Source: a virus
Lineage: Duplodnaviria > Heunggongvirae > Uroviricota > Caudoviricetes
Virus record (IMG/VR): IMGVR_UViG_2563366799_000006
DNA: 49,446 nucleotides
Reading direction: 5' to 3' (one strand)
This document shows, piece after piece, positions 24,682-34,059 of this stretch. The notes under the pieces are model-generated. The model did no database searches, was not told the DNA's origin, and saw nothing but the letters and a program-made list of their open reading frames with translations. The first letter of the stretch is position 1, and every line of letters starts with the position of its first letter. The position numbers and the translations under genes are program-made.

Positions 24682-26085
24682 ATGCCTGATATTTCAACCC
24701 CCAATCTGGACTATGGGAACATGGTGCAGGCGTGGGACATCAACGACGCCCTGATGGGCGGCACGCTCTATATGCGACAACTGGGCGAGGCATATCTCCC
24801 GCGCTGGCCGAAAGAAGACAAAGAGGACTATAAAAAACGCCTCTCTGTGGCCACGCTTTTGCCCGCCTACGAAGAGACCATCAACCAGAACGTTGGCCGC
24901 GTATTCGCTGAGCCGATCCAACTGGGCGAGAACGTCCCGGATGCGCTGCGCGAGTTCTCGAAGAACGTTGACCTGGAAGGCAGTCGCCTCGATGTCTGGT
25001 CGCAGGCGTTCTTCAGCCTGGCAATGCAGTATGGCCTTTCGCACGCTCTGGTGGATTATCCCCGGGTGGACGCCGAAAAGGTGAAGACCAAGGCGGATGA
25101 AAAGGCTATCGGCGCGCGGCCGTACGTCACCATGCTAAATCCCCGTCAGGTGATCGGCTGGAAGTCAAAGATAACCGGCGGCAAGGTGGTGCTCACCGAA
25201 CTGCGCATCAAAGAGGTGGTAGTCGAAGACGGCGATGATTTCGGGCAAACAAAGGTCGAGCAGATTCGACTGCTGACGCCCGGGCAGGTGCAGATTTACC
25301 GCAAGGCCACTGGTGCCGACGGCCAGGCGAACTGGACGCTGCACGAGGAATGGCAAACATCCCGCAGGGATATTACCCTGGTTACGCTCTACACCAAGCG
25401 CACTGGGTTTATGTGCGGTTCTCCGCCGCTGTTGAACATGGCGCTGTTGAATGTGAAGCACTGGCAGAGCCAGAGCGAGCAGGACAACATTCTGCACGTC
25501 GCGCGCGTCCCTCTGCTCACGGTATTCGGGCTAGAGGATGGGCAGGAACTGGTAATTGGCTCTTCGTCTGCAACTCAGTTCTCCGATCGACAGAAACAGG
25601 GATTGGAATATGTCGAGCATACTGGAACCTCAATTAGTGCCGGTAAAGAGTCGCTAACCGACCTGGTGGAGCAGATGCGCCAGGCAGGCGCGAAACTGCT
25701 GCGCACTGACAACACCTCAACCAAGTCTGTTGACCAGACCTCAGAAGAGAAGATGCAGGAGCAGTCACCGCTCTACACCATGGCAACCAGCCTAGAGGAT
25801 GCGATCGACAATATCCTGCAGATTATGGCTGAGTACATCGGTGAATCCGAAGGTGGTAACGTCGATGTCCGCACCGAGCTGGATGTCGAGTCGAAAGAGT
25901 TCAATCCTCCTGCTGCACTGGCCATTCAGTCGCTACGTCAGGGCGGTGACCTTCGCCGCATAGATGCGATTAAAGCGCTGCAGAAGCTTAACCTGATTGA
26001 TGCAGACGCAGACCCAGAAAAGGTCCTGGACGAGTTATTGGCTGAATCCTCCTCGCTGGATACCAGAACGATAGGCGAGGTGTGA
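24682..26085 (+). CDS. Portal protein
   Basis: 467 aa; immediately after TerL; size and position typical. Confidence 0.75.
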   Translation: MPDISTPNLDYGNMVQAWDINDALMGGTLYMRQLGEAYLPRWPKEDKEDYKKRLSVATLLPAYEETINQNVGRVFAEPIQLGENVPDALREFSKNVDLEGSRLDVWSQAFFSLAMQYGLSHALVDYPRVDAEKVKTKADEKAIGARPYVTMLNPRQVIGWKSKITGGKVVLTELRIKEVVVEDGDDFGQTKVEQIRLLTPGQVQIYRKATGADGQANWTLHEEWQTSRRDITLVTLYTKRTGFMCGSPPLLNMALLNVKHWQSQSEQDNILHVARVPLLTVFGLEDGQELVIGSSSATQFSDRQKQGLEYVEHTGTSISAGKESLTDLVEQMRQAGAKLLRTDNTSTKSVDQTSEEKMQEQSPLYTMATSLEDAIDNILQIMAEYIGESEGGNVDVRTELDVESKEFNPPAALAIQSLRQGGDLRRIDAIKALQKLNLIDADADPEKVLDELLAESSSLDTRTIGEV

Positions 26086-26086
26086 T

Positions 26087-27190
26087 ATGGCACGCACCGT
26101 CAATGACCGCCTGCAGGACGAGACCATAGCGCATGGCCTTTATGTGACGCGCTACGGCACCGGCGTCGCCCGGCGCATGGTCGCGTTGCTGAATAGGATG
26201 GATGCTGACCTGGCCGCAAAACTGCTGGTGCTGCTGGACGGAAAGCGCGCTGATACCTATAGCGCCCGTCGTCTGGCATCGCTGCTGGCTGGCGTGCGCG
26301 ACCTGAATCAGCAGGCCTATGAACCGGTTAATGCTGCGCTGACGCGCGAACTGACGCGCTACGTTGAATATGAGACCGGGTATCAGCTGGACCTGTTCAG
26401 CAGCATCATCCCTAAACAGATCCTCAAGCATGTGCCGCTCCAGAGCATTGCGGCAGAACAGGTTTACGCCTCAGCAGTGGCGCAGCCCTTTCAGGGGCGG
26501 TTGCTGAAAGAGTGGAGTCAGAAGCTTGAATTGGATCGGCTGGACAAAATCACCAACGCTGTACGCTCCGGTTTCCTCCAGGGCGAAACGGTAGAGCAGA
26601 TTGTCCGGCGCGTAGCGGGTACGCCGCAGAGAAATCGCGAGGACGGGGTGATCAACACATCCCGTCGCGACCTGGCGGTGGTGACCCGCACCGCGGTGAA
26701 TCACATGGCCGCCACGGCGCGTCAGGAATTCGCCCAGGCAAATAGCGATATCGTGAAGGCCAAACAGTGGTCCTCAACCCTGGATACGCATACCAGCCAG
26801 TGGTGCATCATCCGCGACCGCAAACTCTATACGCTCGATGGCAAGCCGCTGGGGCATGAAATTCCCTACCTACGCGGGCCGGGAAAAATCCATTTTCTAT
26901 GCAGGTCCTGCGAAATCCTGCTCACGAAGTCGTGGGAAGAATTGCAGATAGCGTCAGGCGAGCTGAGTAGCGCCACACGCGCCTCAATGGACGGCCAAGT
27001 ACCAGCGCATACCAGCTACGCCGATTGGCTCACCCGGCAGCCATACGCGCGGCAGGAGCAGGTGCTGGGCGTTACCCGCGCCATGATACTTCGGGACGGC
27101 AAAATCACCGTGCCGGAGATGTTCAACGATGCCGGGGAGTTCCTGACCCTGGACGAACTGCGCCGCGTGGATGCATCGGCTTTTGAATAA
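26087..27190 (+). CDS. Head morphogenesis protein (minor head protein, SPP1 gp7-like)
   Basis: 367 aa; follows the portal gene. Confidence 0.6.
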   Translation: MARTVNDRLQDETIAHGLYVTRYGTGVARRMVALLNRMDADLAAKLLVLLDGKRADTYSARRLASLLAGVRDLNQQAYEPVNAALTRELTRYVEYETGYQLDLFSSIIPKQILKHVPLQSIAAEQVYASAVAQPFQGRLLKEWSQKLELDRLDKITNAVRSGFLQGETVEQIVRRVAGTPQRNREDGVINTSRRDLAVVTRTAVNHMAATARQEFAQANSDIVKAKQWSSTLDTHTSQWCIIRDRKLYTLDGKPLGHEIPYLRGPGKIHFLCRSCEILLTKSWEELQIASGELSSATRASMDGQVPAHTSYADWLTRQPYARQEQVLGVTRAMILRDGKITVPEMFNDAGEFLTLDELRRVDASAFE

Positions 27191-27210
27191 CTGAATAAGG
27201 TAATAAAACA

Positions 27211-27675
27211 ATGACTCAACATATTGGCGTGAAGCTCATCAATGCTTACCCGATGACCCGTCTGGCATATAACGACTTTCGTGGTTGGGAGTTACCAAGT
27301 GACGAAAACGGAAGTGATGAAGGTTATCTCGTCGAGTATCTGGATGGCGGAAAGCCAAATACCGATCGCTTCAACGGGTATGTGAGCTGGAGTCCGAAAG
27401 ATGTGTTCGACAAAGCCTACCGACCAGTGGCGGGGCTTAGCTTCGGACTGGCTGTCGAAGCCCTGAAATCAGGCAAGCGTGTCACCCGCGCAGGCTGGAA
27501 CGGCAAGGGCCTGTGGCTTGAGCTGGTCCAGCAGTCGCCATCTGTGGACCTGCCGTACATTCGTTTAATTTATCCGGTGCCGGGCAATGGTGCTATGCCA
27601 TACCCAAATGGCGCTCGCGTGCCTTGGGCACCAAGCCAAACCGACGTCTTGGCTGATGACTGGCAAATTCTCTAA
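27211..27675 (+). CDS. Two-domain protein with C-terminal DUF2829-like (Tad2-like) domain
   Basis: 154 aa; C-terminal half FGLAVEALKSGKRVTRAGWNGKG...WAPSQTDVLADDWQIL matches the recalled DUF2829 signature; extra N-terminal domain of about 75 aa. Confidence 0.5.
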   Translation: MTQHIGVKLINAYPMTRLAYNDFRGWELPSDENGSDEGYLVEYLDGGKPNTDRFNGYVSWSPKDVFDKAYRPVAGLSFGLAVEALKSGKRVTRAGWNGKGLWLELVQQSPSVDLPYIRLIYPVPGNGAMPYPNGARVPWAPSQTDVLADDWQIL

Positions 27676-27698
27676 ACCAGTTGCTTGGGGGGTGGTCT

Positions 27699-27908
27699 AT
27701 GCGAGATGACGATTTTCACCATGTGGGCGATGGCCGCGGTAAGCGCCGAGTGTTCGTTAACGGCAACGAGGTCAAACGCTGCATATGGGCGGATGTTAAG
27801 CGAGGAATCGCATGCTTCTATCCATATCCACTCCGGGTCCACAAGCGCAAGCGGGATGAGGTCTATTCCCGCAAGCTACGCGGCGTAGTAACCGTCGAAT
27901 TTATCTAA
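27699..27908 (+). CDS. Hypothetical small basic protein
   Basis: ATG at 27699 (ORF track 27681 uses TTG); 69 aa, Lys/Arg-rich. Confidence 0.4.
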   Translation: MRDDDFHHVGDGRGKRRVFVNGNEVKRCIWADVKRGIACFYPYPLRVHKRKRDEVYSRKLRGVVTVEFI

Positions 27909-28016
27909 CAGGCTTCCTCCGGGTGGCCTTTTTTATGCCTGCCGCTGAGCGGATGCGACGCGGTGCCCGGGTCGGATGACCCATTACGTATGGCCGGAAG
28001 GCTGGAGCAAAAAACA

Positions 28017-28769
28017 ATGAAACTGAAACTTGATGCTAACGGAAATGTGGTCGTTGAAAACGGTATGCCTGTGTACATCCATGATGATGGCAAAGAGATC
28101 CCGTTCGATGCGGTCGCAGCGATGACCAAAATCACCTCACTGAATGGCGAGGCGAAAACTCACCGCGAAGCGAAGGAAGCGGCGGAAGCCAATCTCGCGA
28201 AATTCTCGGGCATCACCGACCCGGCCAAGGCGCTCGAAGCCCTGGAGATGATGACCAAAATCGACCAGAAAAAACTGATCGATGCTGGTGCCGTTGACCA
28301 GGTAAAGGCGGAGATCACCAAAGTTTTCCAACAGCAGCTGGACGAAGCGAACAGCAAGACCCAGCAGCTGGAAACTCAACTCTACGACGAGATGATCGGC
28401 GGCCGCTTCGGTGGTTCGAAATTCATCTCCGAGAAGATGGCGATCCCGGCTGAGTTCGTGCGCTCCCACTTCGGGCAGAACTTCAAAATCGAAGATGGCA
28501 AGGTCGTGGCTTACGACGGGCAGGGCAATAAGGTGTTCTCCCGTACCAAACCCGGTGAACTGGCTGGCTTCGATGAAGCGCTGGAATCTCTGGTCGAGTT
28601 GCATCCGCAGAAAGACTACATCCTCAAAGCGTCCGGCAACAGCGGCGGTGGTTCTCACCAGTCGCAGCACCAGGCCGGGCAAAAAACCATGAAACGCGAT
28701 GCGTTTGATTCCCTGGATAACGCTGGCAAGCAAGCAGCGCTGAAAGACGGCGTCAGCATCGTCGATTAA
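28017..28769 (+). CDS. Scaffolding protein (putative; alternative start 27963)
   Basis: ATG at 28017 with GGAG RBS; helical, charged protein immediately upstream of the major capsid gene. Confidence 0.55.
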   Translation: MKLKLDANGNVVVENGMPVYIHDDGKEIPFDAVAAMTKITSLNGEAKTHREAKEAAEANLAKFSGITDPAKALEALEMMTKIDQKKLIDAGAVDQVKAEITKVFQQQLDEANSKTQQLETQLYDEMIGGRFGGSKFISEKMAIPAEFVRSHFGQNFKIEDGKVVAYDGQGNKVFSRTKPGELAGFDEALESLVELHPQKDYILKASGNSGGGSHQSQHQAGQKTMKRDAFDSLDNAGKQAALKDGVSIVD

Positions 28770-28786
28770 ATCGAAAGGAGCCATAA

Positions 28787-29926
28787 ATGGCAGGCAATAC
28801 CCTTACTGGTCTGATCCCGACCATCTATACCGCGCTGGACGTAGTGTCCCGCGAGCAAACTGGTTTTATTCCTGCGGTGGCGCGTGACGCGAAAGCGGAT
28901 GCTGCTGCAAAAGACCAGACCGTACGTGCGCCAGTCGCACCTGCAGCCACTACTGAAGATATTGTCCCTGGTCCGTCAGCACCTAATTCTGGCGACCAGA
29001 CCATCGGTGGTGTGGATGTCAAAATCACCAAATCCAAGATGGCCCCGGTCAAATGGAATGGTGAAGAGCAATTGGCTTTGGGCCCGGCTGGTACCTACAA
29101 CACCATCCTGGCTGACCAGTTCAAGCAGGCTTTCCGAGCGCTGGCGAATGAAGTGGATGCAGACCTCGCTGCGCTGTACCTCAACTCCTCCCGCGCTGTT
29201 GGCGTGCCGAAGAATACCCCGTTCAGCATCAAAGACGATCTGACTGATGCTGCGTTGGCGCGTCAAATCCTGACCGATAACGGTGCGCCGACTACTGATT
29301 TGCGTATGGTGCTGGGTGGCGAAGCGATGGCATCCATCCGTGGTAAACAGGCTGTACTCTTCAAAGCGAACGAAGCGGGAACCGACCAGCTGCTGCGTGA
29401 AGGTGTTATCGGTCGCATCATGGGCTTCAACCTCCACGAATCCTTCAGCATCAAGCGTACCGCGAAAAGCGCTGCTGCTGGCTATAAGGTCAATGGCGAG
29501 AAGAAAGAGGGCGATATCATCATCGCTATCTCTGCCGGCACCGGCGGTATTGCTGCAGGTACTGCGGTGAAGTTCGCTGGTGATGACAATCAGTATCTGG
29601 TTGTTGCGGCTACGTCTTCCACTATCACCATCAGCGCGCCGGGGCTCCGTCAGGATCTGGCAGACCAGGCTGATGTCACTGTGTTGAGCGAATTTGTACC
29701 GAACATGGCGTTTGACCGCGGGGCATTCCTGCTGGCCAGCCGTACCCCGGCGATGCCTGAAGGTGGCGATACTGCTGATGACGTCATGAATGTGACCGAC
29801 CCGGTATCTGGCATCACCTTCCAGGTGGCGCTGTACCGCCAGTACCGTCAGGTGCGTTATGAAGTGGGCCTAGCATGGGGTGTGGCTGCTGTGGCGCCAC
29901 GTCATTCCGCCATCATCATGGGTTAA
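28787..29926 (+). CDS. Major capsid protein
   Basis: 379 aa; AGGAG RBS; follows scaffold; hairpin terminator downstream. Confidence 0.7.
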   Translation: MAGNTLTGLIPTIYTALDVVSREQTGFIPAVARDAKADAAAKDQTVRAPVAPAATTEDIVPGPSAPNSGDQTIGGVDVKITKSKMAPVKWNGEEQLALGPAGTYNTILADQFKQAFRALANEVDADLAALYLNSSRAVGVPKNTPFSIKDDLTDAALARQILTDNGAPTTDLRMVLGGEAMASIRGKQAVLFKANEAGTDQLLREGVIGRIMGFNLHESFSIKRTAKSAAAGYKVNGEKKEGDIIIAISAGTGGIAAGTAVKFAGDDNQYLVVAATSSTITISAPGLRQDLADQADVTVLSEFVPNMAFDRGAFLLASRTPAMPEGGDTADDVMNVTDPVSGITFQVALYRQYRQVRYEVGLAWGVAAVAPRHSAIIMG

Positions 29927-29930
29927 CCCA

Positions 29931-29953
29931 GGGGGCTTCGGCCCCTTTGTTTT
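29931..29953 (+). terminator. Hairpin/terminator after the major capsid gene
   Basis: GGGGC-ttcg-GCCCC followed by TTTGTTTT. Confidence 0.45.
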
Positions 29954-29964
29954 CAGGAGGCCCA

Positions 29965-30165
29965 ATGGCCGGATTAACCAAAGAGCAGCGCGCGCAGCGT
30001 GAGGCTGAAAAGCTTGCCGCGCAGAACGGCGCTGAACAAACAGGTATTGAGCTGGTGGCTATGATGCGAGATACCCCGGAGTTCCCCGGCGGTCCGCTGA
30101 GCGCTGAGGTTCACCCTGACGAAGTCGATAACTGGCTGGCGCTGGACTGGCGACTGGAGGAGTAA
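29965..30165 (+). CDS. Hypothetical small head-module protein
   Basis: ATG at 29965 with GGAGG RBS (ORF track extends upstream to 29875). Confidence 0.45.
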   Translation: MAGLTKEQRAQREAEKLAAQNGAEQTGIELVAMMRDTPEFPGGPLSAEVHPDEVDNWLALDWRLEE

Positions 30166-30167
30166 CT

Positions 30168-30479
30168 GTGAGCGATAAAGATATTGAGCAGGAAATTCAG
30201 GCCAAAGGCTTGAACGCGCCGCGCGTTACGCTGGGCGAGTTGAAGGCGAATATTAAGCATGCCGAGATCGTGAAGCACGTATCCGTCACCGGGCAGGTGC
30301 TTCGCTGGGCGGTCATCACCACTCAAAACGGATTCGCAGTAACAGGGAATCCGTCGTGCTCAGTTTCCTCCGCTAACGACAACGCTGAAATTGGCGAGAA
30401 AATTGCTATTGAGAACGCCGAAAGCGAGTTGTGGGCGTTGATGGGATATGCGTTAAAGCAGAAGCTTTTCGAAGCCTGA
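30168..30479 (+). CDS. Head-module protein (gp49-like, hypothetical)
   Basis: 103 aa; tightly packed after the previous gene. Confidence 0.5.
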   Translation: MSDKDIEQEIQAKGLNAPRVTLGELKANIKHAEIVKHVSVTGQVLRWAVITTQNGFAVTGNPSCSVSSANDNAEIGEKIAIENAESELWALMGYALKQKLFEA

Positions 30480-30492
30480 GAGGAGCTCTGAG

Positions 30493-30975
30493 ATGATTAA
30501 TGCCGATCCCCATTCGTCTGACTTCAACAGCTATGCCAGCGTTGGTGATCTGCGCGCGTTCGCTGCGGGGCGCGGATACACCATCCCTGCTGAAGATGGC
30601 GAATGCAGCCAGATGCTGATGCAGGCAATGGACTTTCTGGAAGGGAAGGCCTGGCGCGGTCAGCGTTCCAGCGCATCACAGCCTCTATCCTGGCCGCGTT
30701 CCGGCGTGCGCTTCGATGGTGTTGACCTGTCGAATGATGCGATTCCACAGCGCCTGATTGATGCTCAATGTCGCCTGGCCATCGAATCGCAGGAGATTGA
30801 CCTCACCCCGTCGGTCGCTGGCGGTGGGGCGGTTACGATGGAGCGCGTCGAGGGTGCGGTAACAGTCCAGTATGAGCCGGGAACGAATAAAGCTTCTCCG
30901 TCATTCCCATGGTTCTATTCCGCACTGCGCGGGCTTGTAGTGGGCGGCAACCAGGTCCGGGTCGAAAGGGGGTAG
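30493..30975 (+). CDS. Head-tail joining/connector-type protein (position-based)
   Basis: 160 aa in the head-tail module. Confidence 0.5.
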   Translation: MINADPHSSDFNSYASVGDLRAFAAGRGYTIPAEDGECSQMLMQAMDFLEGKAWRGQRSSASQPLSWPRSGVRFDGVDLSNDAIPQRLIDAQCRLAIESQEIDLTPSVAGGGAVTMERVEGAVTVQYEPGTNKASPSFPWFYSALRGLVVGGNQVRVERG

Positions 30976-30976
30976 C

Positions 30977-31330
30977 ATGGCAATCGACTATCGCCGCATG
31001 CGCGCGACCGCGACCCGACTGCTGACCGAGAACGGGAAGGCATATCAGCTTACCCGCGGCGGCGGCACCATCCGTGACCAGTTCGGCAAAGAGGTCACCA
31101 CCCCGGCCATTACCGCGACCGTAACCGGTGTTATCACCGAATACTCCTCCCGCGAAATCGACGGTTCCCTGATCGCCACCGGCGACAAGAAGCTGGCGGC
31201 CACTTTCGAGACGGAAGTGCGCATCGATGACCGCATCGAAATCGACGGCAAAAAATGGCGCGTGGTGCAGCCGAATCCGGTTAAGCCTGCCGATGTGCTG
31301 ATTTCCTACAACATCCAACTGAGGGCGTAA
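30977..31330 (+). CDS. Head-tail module protein (hypothetical)
   Basis: 117 aa; start 2 bp after the previous stop. Confidence 0.5.
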   Translation: MAIDYRRMRATATRLLTENGKAYQLTRGGGTIRDQFGKEVTTPAITATVTGVITEYSSREIDGSLIATGDKKLAATFETEVRIDDRIEIDGKKWRVVQPNPVKPADVLISYNIQLRA

Positions 31331-31332
31331 CT

Positions 31333-31932
31333 ATGGCAAGTTCTGCTAATCAGCCGTTCCTGGCTGCTATTCAGCTGTTCGTTGATGGCTCAAAGCAGGA
31401 GATTGACGAGGCGGTGCGCCGGACGGGTATCAAAATCCTCGCTCAACTGGTTGAGATGTCCCCGGTGGGCCAACCGGATATCTGGCAGGTCAACCAGACC
31501 GCGACGGCGTACAACACTGCGGTGCGGGAGCATAACGCGACCCTGCGTGATGACCCGGCTAATCTGACCAAATCAGGACGACTTAAGCGCGGCCTGCGCG
31601 TCAACGACTCGATGGACATCAAAAAGCCTGAGGGCTATGTCGGCGGGCGGTTTAAAAACAACTGGTATGTGGGCTTTGACAGCCAGCCAAGCCAATCCAA
31701 CGACACCCCCGACGCTTCCGGCCAGGGTTCCAACTCCCGCGGTCTGGCAGTGCTCGAGGTGTTCCGGGTAGGGCAGGTCAGCTCGATTTTCTTCACCAAT
31801 AATCTGCCATATGCGGCAGCACTGGAGAACGGGCATTCCGGCCAGGCACCCGGCGGCATGGTGGGCATCACTGCGCTGGATGCCGCGCAGTTGTTCCGTG
31901 AGGCAATGAGCGAGGTGCGCAATGGCCAGTGA
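31333..31932 (+). CDS. Tail completion/neck protein (HK97 gp10-like, position-based)
   Basis: 199 aa. Confidence 0.5.
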   Translation: MASSANQPFLAAIQLFVDGSKQEIDEAVRRTGIKILAQLVEMSPVGQPDIWQVNQTATAYNTAVREHNATLRDDPANLTKSGRLKRGLRVNDSMDIKKPEGYVGGRFKNNWYVGFDSQPSQSNDTPDASGQGSNSRGLAVLEVFRVGQVSSIFFTNNLPYAAALENGHSGQAPGGMVGITALDAAQLFREAMSEVRNGQ

Positions 31933-32371
31933 CCAGTCAATGCGAATTGCTGAACTACTGGAGAGCCGCATTGCGGTTATCTGCTTATCGCTTGGGCTGC
32001 CCGTAGCCTGGCCGAACATACCGTTTACTCCCCCGGATAGCTCACCATACGGGCGTGTTTATGTTCTGCCGGCACAGACGGTGGGGCAAGACCTGGAAGG
32101 TCAATTGCGAACCTATCAGGGCATCCTGCAGCTCAACATCATTGCGCCAGCAGGCAGCGGCGTGACGCAGGCCAGAGGGCTGGCTAAATCTGTCGCTGAT
32201 GCGTTTCCTGAAGGGCTTGCGCTGGTGGATGGTGACCTGACTGTTTATATCAATGGGCCGCCGCAGGTGAGACAACCCATCCAGGACCGGCCAACCTCGG
32301 CGTCCAACGGGTCCAGTGGCTCCATAACCTACACCATTCCCGTCAGCATGCAGTACCGCGCTGACTACTGA
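31922..32371 (+). CDS. Tail terminator-like protein (position-based)
   Basis: 149 aa; overlaps the previous gene by 11 bp. Confidence 0.5.
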   Translation: MASDQSMRIAELLESRIAVICLSLGLPVAWPNIPFTPPDSSPYGRVYVLPAQTVGQDLEGQLRTYQGILQLNIIAPAGSGVTQARGLAKSVADAFPEGLALVDGDLTVYINGPPQVRQPIQDRPTSASNGSSGSITYTIPVSMQYRADY

Positions 32372-32417
32372 CCCGCCAGATGGCGGGTTTTTTATTACCT
32401 AAATTCAGGAGAGTGCT

Positions 32418-33350
32418 ATGACATTCGCAATCCCTAACGGCTCGCGTGTTAACGTGGCCAAGGCCTATCAGGCTCCCATCACCTTTACCGCTGCCTCTAA
32501 CGCTACTGAATGCGAACTGACTGTTGCATCTGCCGCTGGCATCCTGGCGGGCGACGTAGTGCAGGTGAGCTCCGGCTGGCTAAAACTCGATAATATGGTG
32601 CTGCGCGTTAAATCCGTAGCCGGTACCAAAATCGTGCTGGATTCGTTCGATACCTCTGACACCACCAAATTCCCGGCAGGCACTGGCGCGGGCACGCTGC
32701 GTAAAATCGACACGTGGATCACGATGCCGCAGGTGATGACCCTCTCCACAGAGGGTGGTGACCAGCAGACCATCAGCGTGCAGTTCCTTGAAGACGATAA
32801 GGCCCGTACCATCCCGACCTTCAAAAACGCCGTGGTGCAGGTCTACACCTTCGCGCACGATCCGCTGCTGGCAATTTACAAGCGTCTGAGTGAACTTGAC
32901 GAATCCAGCGACACCACTGCTGTGTGGTTCCATAACCCGCGCGGCAAAGCGGACCGTTATTACTCTGCCAAAGTGTCTTTCCAGAAGGTGCCTAAGACCG
33001 AAATCAACGCCGTGGAAAGCAACGAAGCGCGCATGAACTTCGAATCGGATATGCAGATTTACCCGATCGCCGATTCATCCGTTACGCCGCTGGCGTTCCT
33101 GACTGATCTGCCATCAACCAAAGCAGTTAGTGTTGGAGATGCGCTCGATTTAGCCGTCGTTATGCAAGGCGGCTCAGCCCCTTACACCTACGTGTGGAAG
33201 AAAGGAAGCTCCGCAATTCCGGGCAAAACCGCCTCGACGTTCAACATTCCATCTGTGGCATCCGGTGATGCTGGCTCTTACACCTGCGAAGTCACTGACG
33301 CGGCGGGCAAAACTATCACCTCTGCTGCTTGCACCGTCACGGTCAGCTAA
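32418..33350 (+). CDS. Major tail protein with C-terminal Ig-like domain
   Basis: 310 aa; C-terminal Ig-like motif GSYTCEVTDAAGKTITSAACTVTVS; precedes the G/GT chaperone genes. Confidence 0.7.
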   Translation: MTFAIPNGSRVNVAKAYQAPITFTAASNATECELTVASAAGILAGDVVQVSSGWLKLDNMVLRVKSVAGTKIVLDSFDTSDTTKFPAGTGAGTLRKIDTWITMPQVMTLSTEGGDQQTISVQFLEDDKARTIPTFKNAVVQVYTFAHDPLLAIYKRLSELDESSDTTAVWFHNPRGKADRYYSAKVSFQKVPKTEINAVESNEARMNFESDMQIYPIADSSVTPLAFLTDLPSTKAVSVGDALDLAVVMQGGSAPYTYVWKKGSSAIPGKTASTFNIPSVASGDAGSYTCEVTDAAGKTITSAACTVTVS

Positions 33351-33357
33351 CCACTCG

Positions 33358-33380
33358 AGCCCGGTACGCCGGGCTTTCTT
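33358..33380 (+). terminator. Hairpin terminator after the major tail gene
   Basis: AGCCCGG-tacg-CCGGGCT followed by TTCTT. Confidence 0.5.
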
Positions 33381-33415
33381 CGCTACTGAAACCAAAGTCT
33401 TTCTTAGGAATCGAA

Positions 33416-33754
33416 ATGACCAAATTTTCCCTGATCCCCAACCCAACTTTTTCTGTGACCGCGAGCATTCCGCGCGCTGGCGCCGAAGACGGCAAGCTGA
33501 CGTTCACTTTCCGCCATAAGACGCTGGGAGAGCTGCGCTCCATGGACGAGAAGCTGCAAAAGGCCGCCGAAGGTAAAAAGGATGCTATCGAGCCACAGGC
33601 CGACTACCTCATGGAAATTGTCGAGGGGTGGGCGCTTCCCGATGAGTTCAACCGCGAAAACGTTATTGTCCTTCTGCGGAACTATCCACGCGCGTTCGAC
33701 AGCATCGGTCTGGCATACACCAAAGAGCTGATGGGTATCCGCGAAAAAAACTGA
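33416..33754 (+). CDS. Tail assembly chaperone G
   Basis: ATG at 33416 (ORF track extends to 33329); ends with the slippery site A_AAA_AAC just before its stop. Confidence 0.7.
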   Translation: MTKFSLIPNPTFSVTASIPRAGAEDGKLTFTFRHKTLGELRSMDEKLQKAAEGKKDAIEPQADYLMEIVEGWALPDEFNRENVIVLLRNYPRAFDSIGLAYTKELMGIREKN

Positions 33755-34059
33755 GGCAGGTCGCCGCAGCATTGTATACGCCGGGACCGACGCTCGCGGA
33801 GCTGAGCGCTTTTGGTTTGACGCCTGAGGACGTGGAGGAAGAGGTGGGGATCCTGCCCTCGGTGTGGAGGTCCTTCACCATCTTCTCTTCCCTGGCGACC
33901 CAGTGGCGAGTCGGCGCGAGCGGGGCGACCGGCCTTGATTACAACGTTCTCCCCTGGATGTTCGAGTTACACGGGGTTGAGGATGCGGCGGCCTGCATGG
34001 CTGACCTTCAAATTATGGAAAGCGAGGCTCTCAAGGTAATGCATAAGGAGACGAAATAA
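33748..34059 (+). CDS. Tail assembly chaperone GT extension (T part, reached by -1 frameshift from G)
   Basis: The -1 frame is open from the slippery heptamer at 33745-33751 to the TAA at 34057-34059; no independent ATG or RBS. Confidence 0.6.
   Translation, partial: KLRQVAAALYTPGPTLAELSAFGLTPEDVEEEVGILPSVWRSFTIFSSLATQWRVGASGATGLDYNVLPWMFELHGVEDAAACMADLQIMESEALKVMHKETK

Noticed and set aside
27910-27935. Terminator-like sequence GGCTTCCTCCGGGTGGCCTTTTTT
   Set aside because: T-run present but stem pairing is poor when folded by eye.
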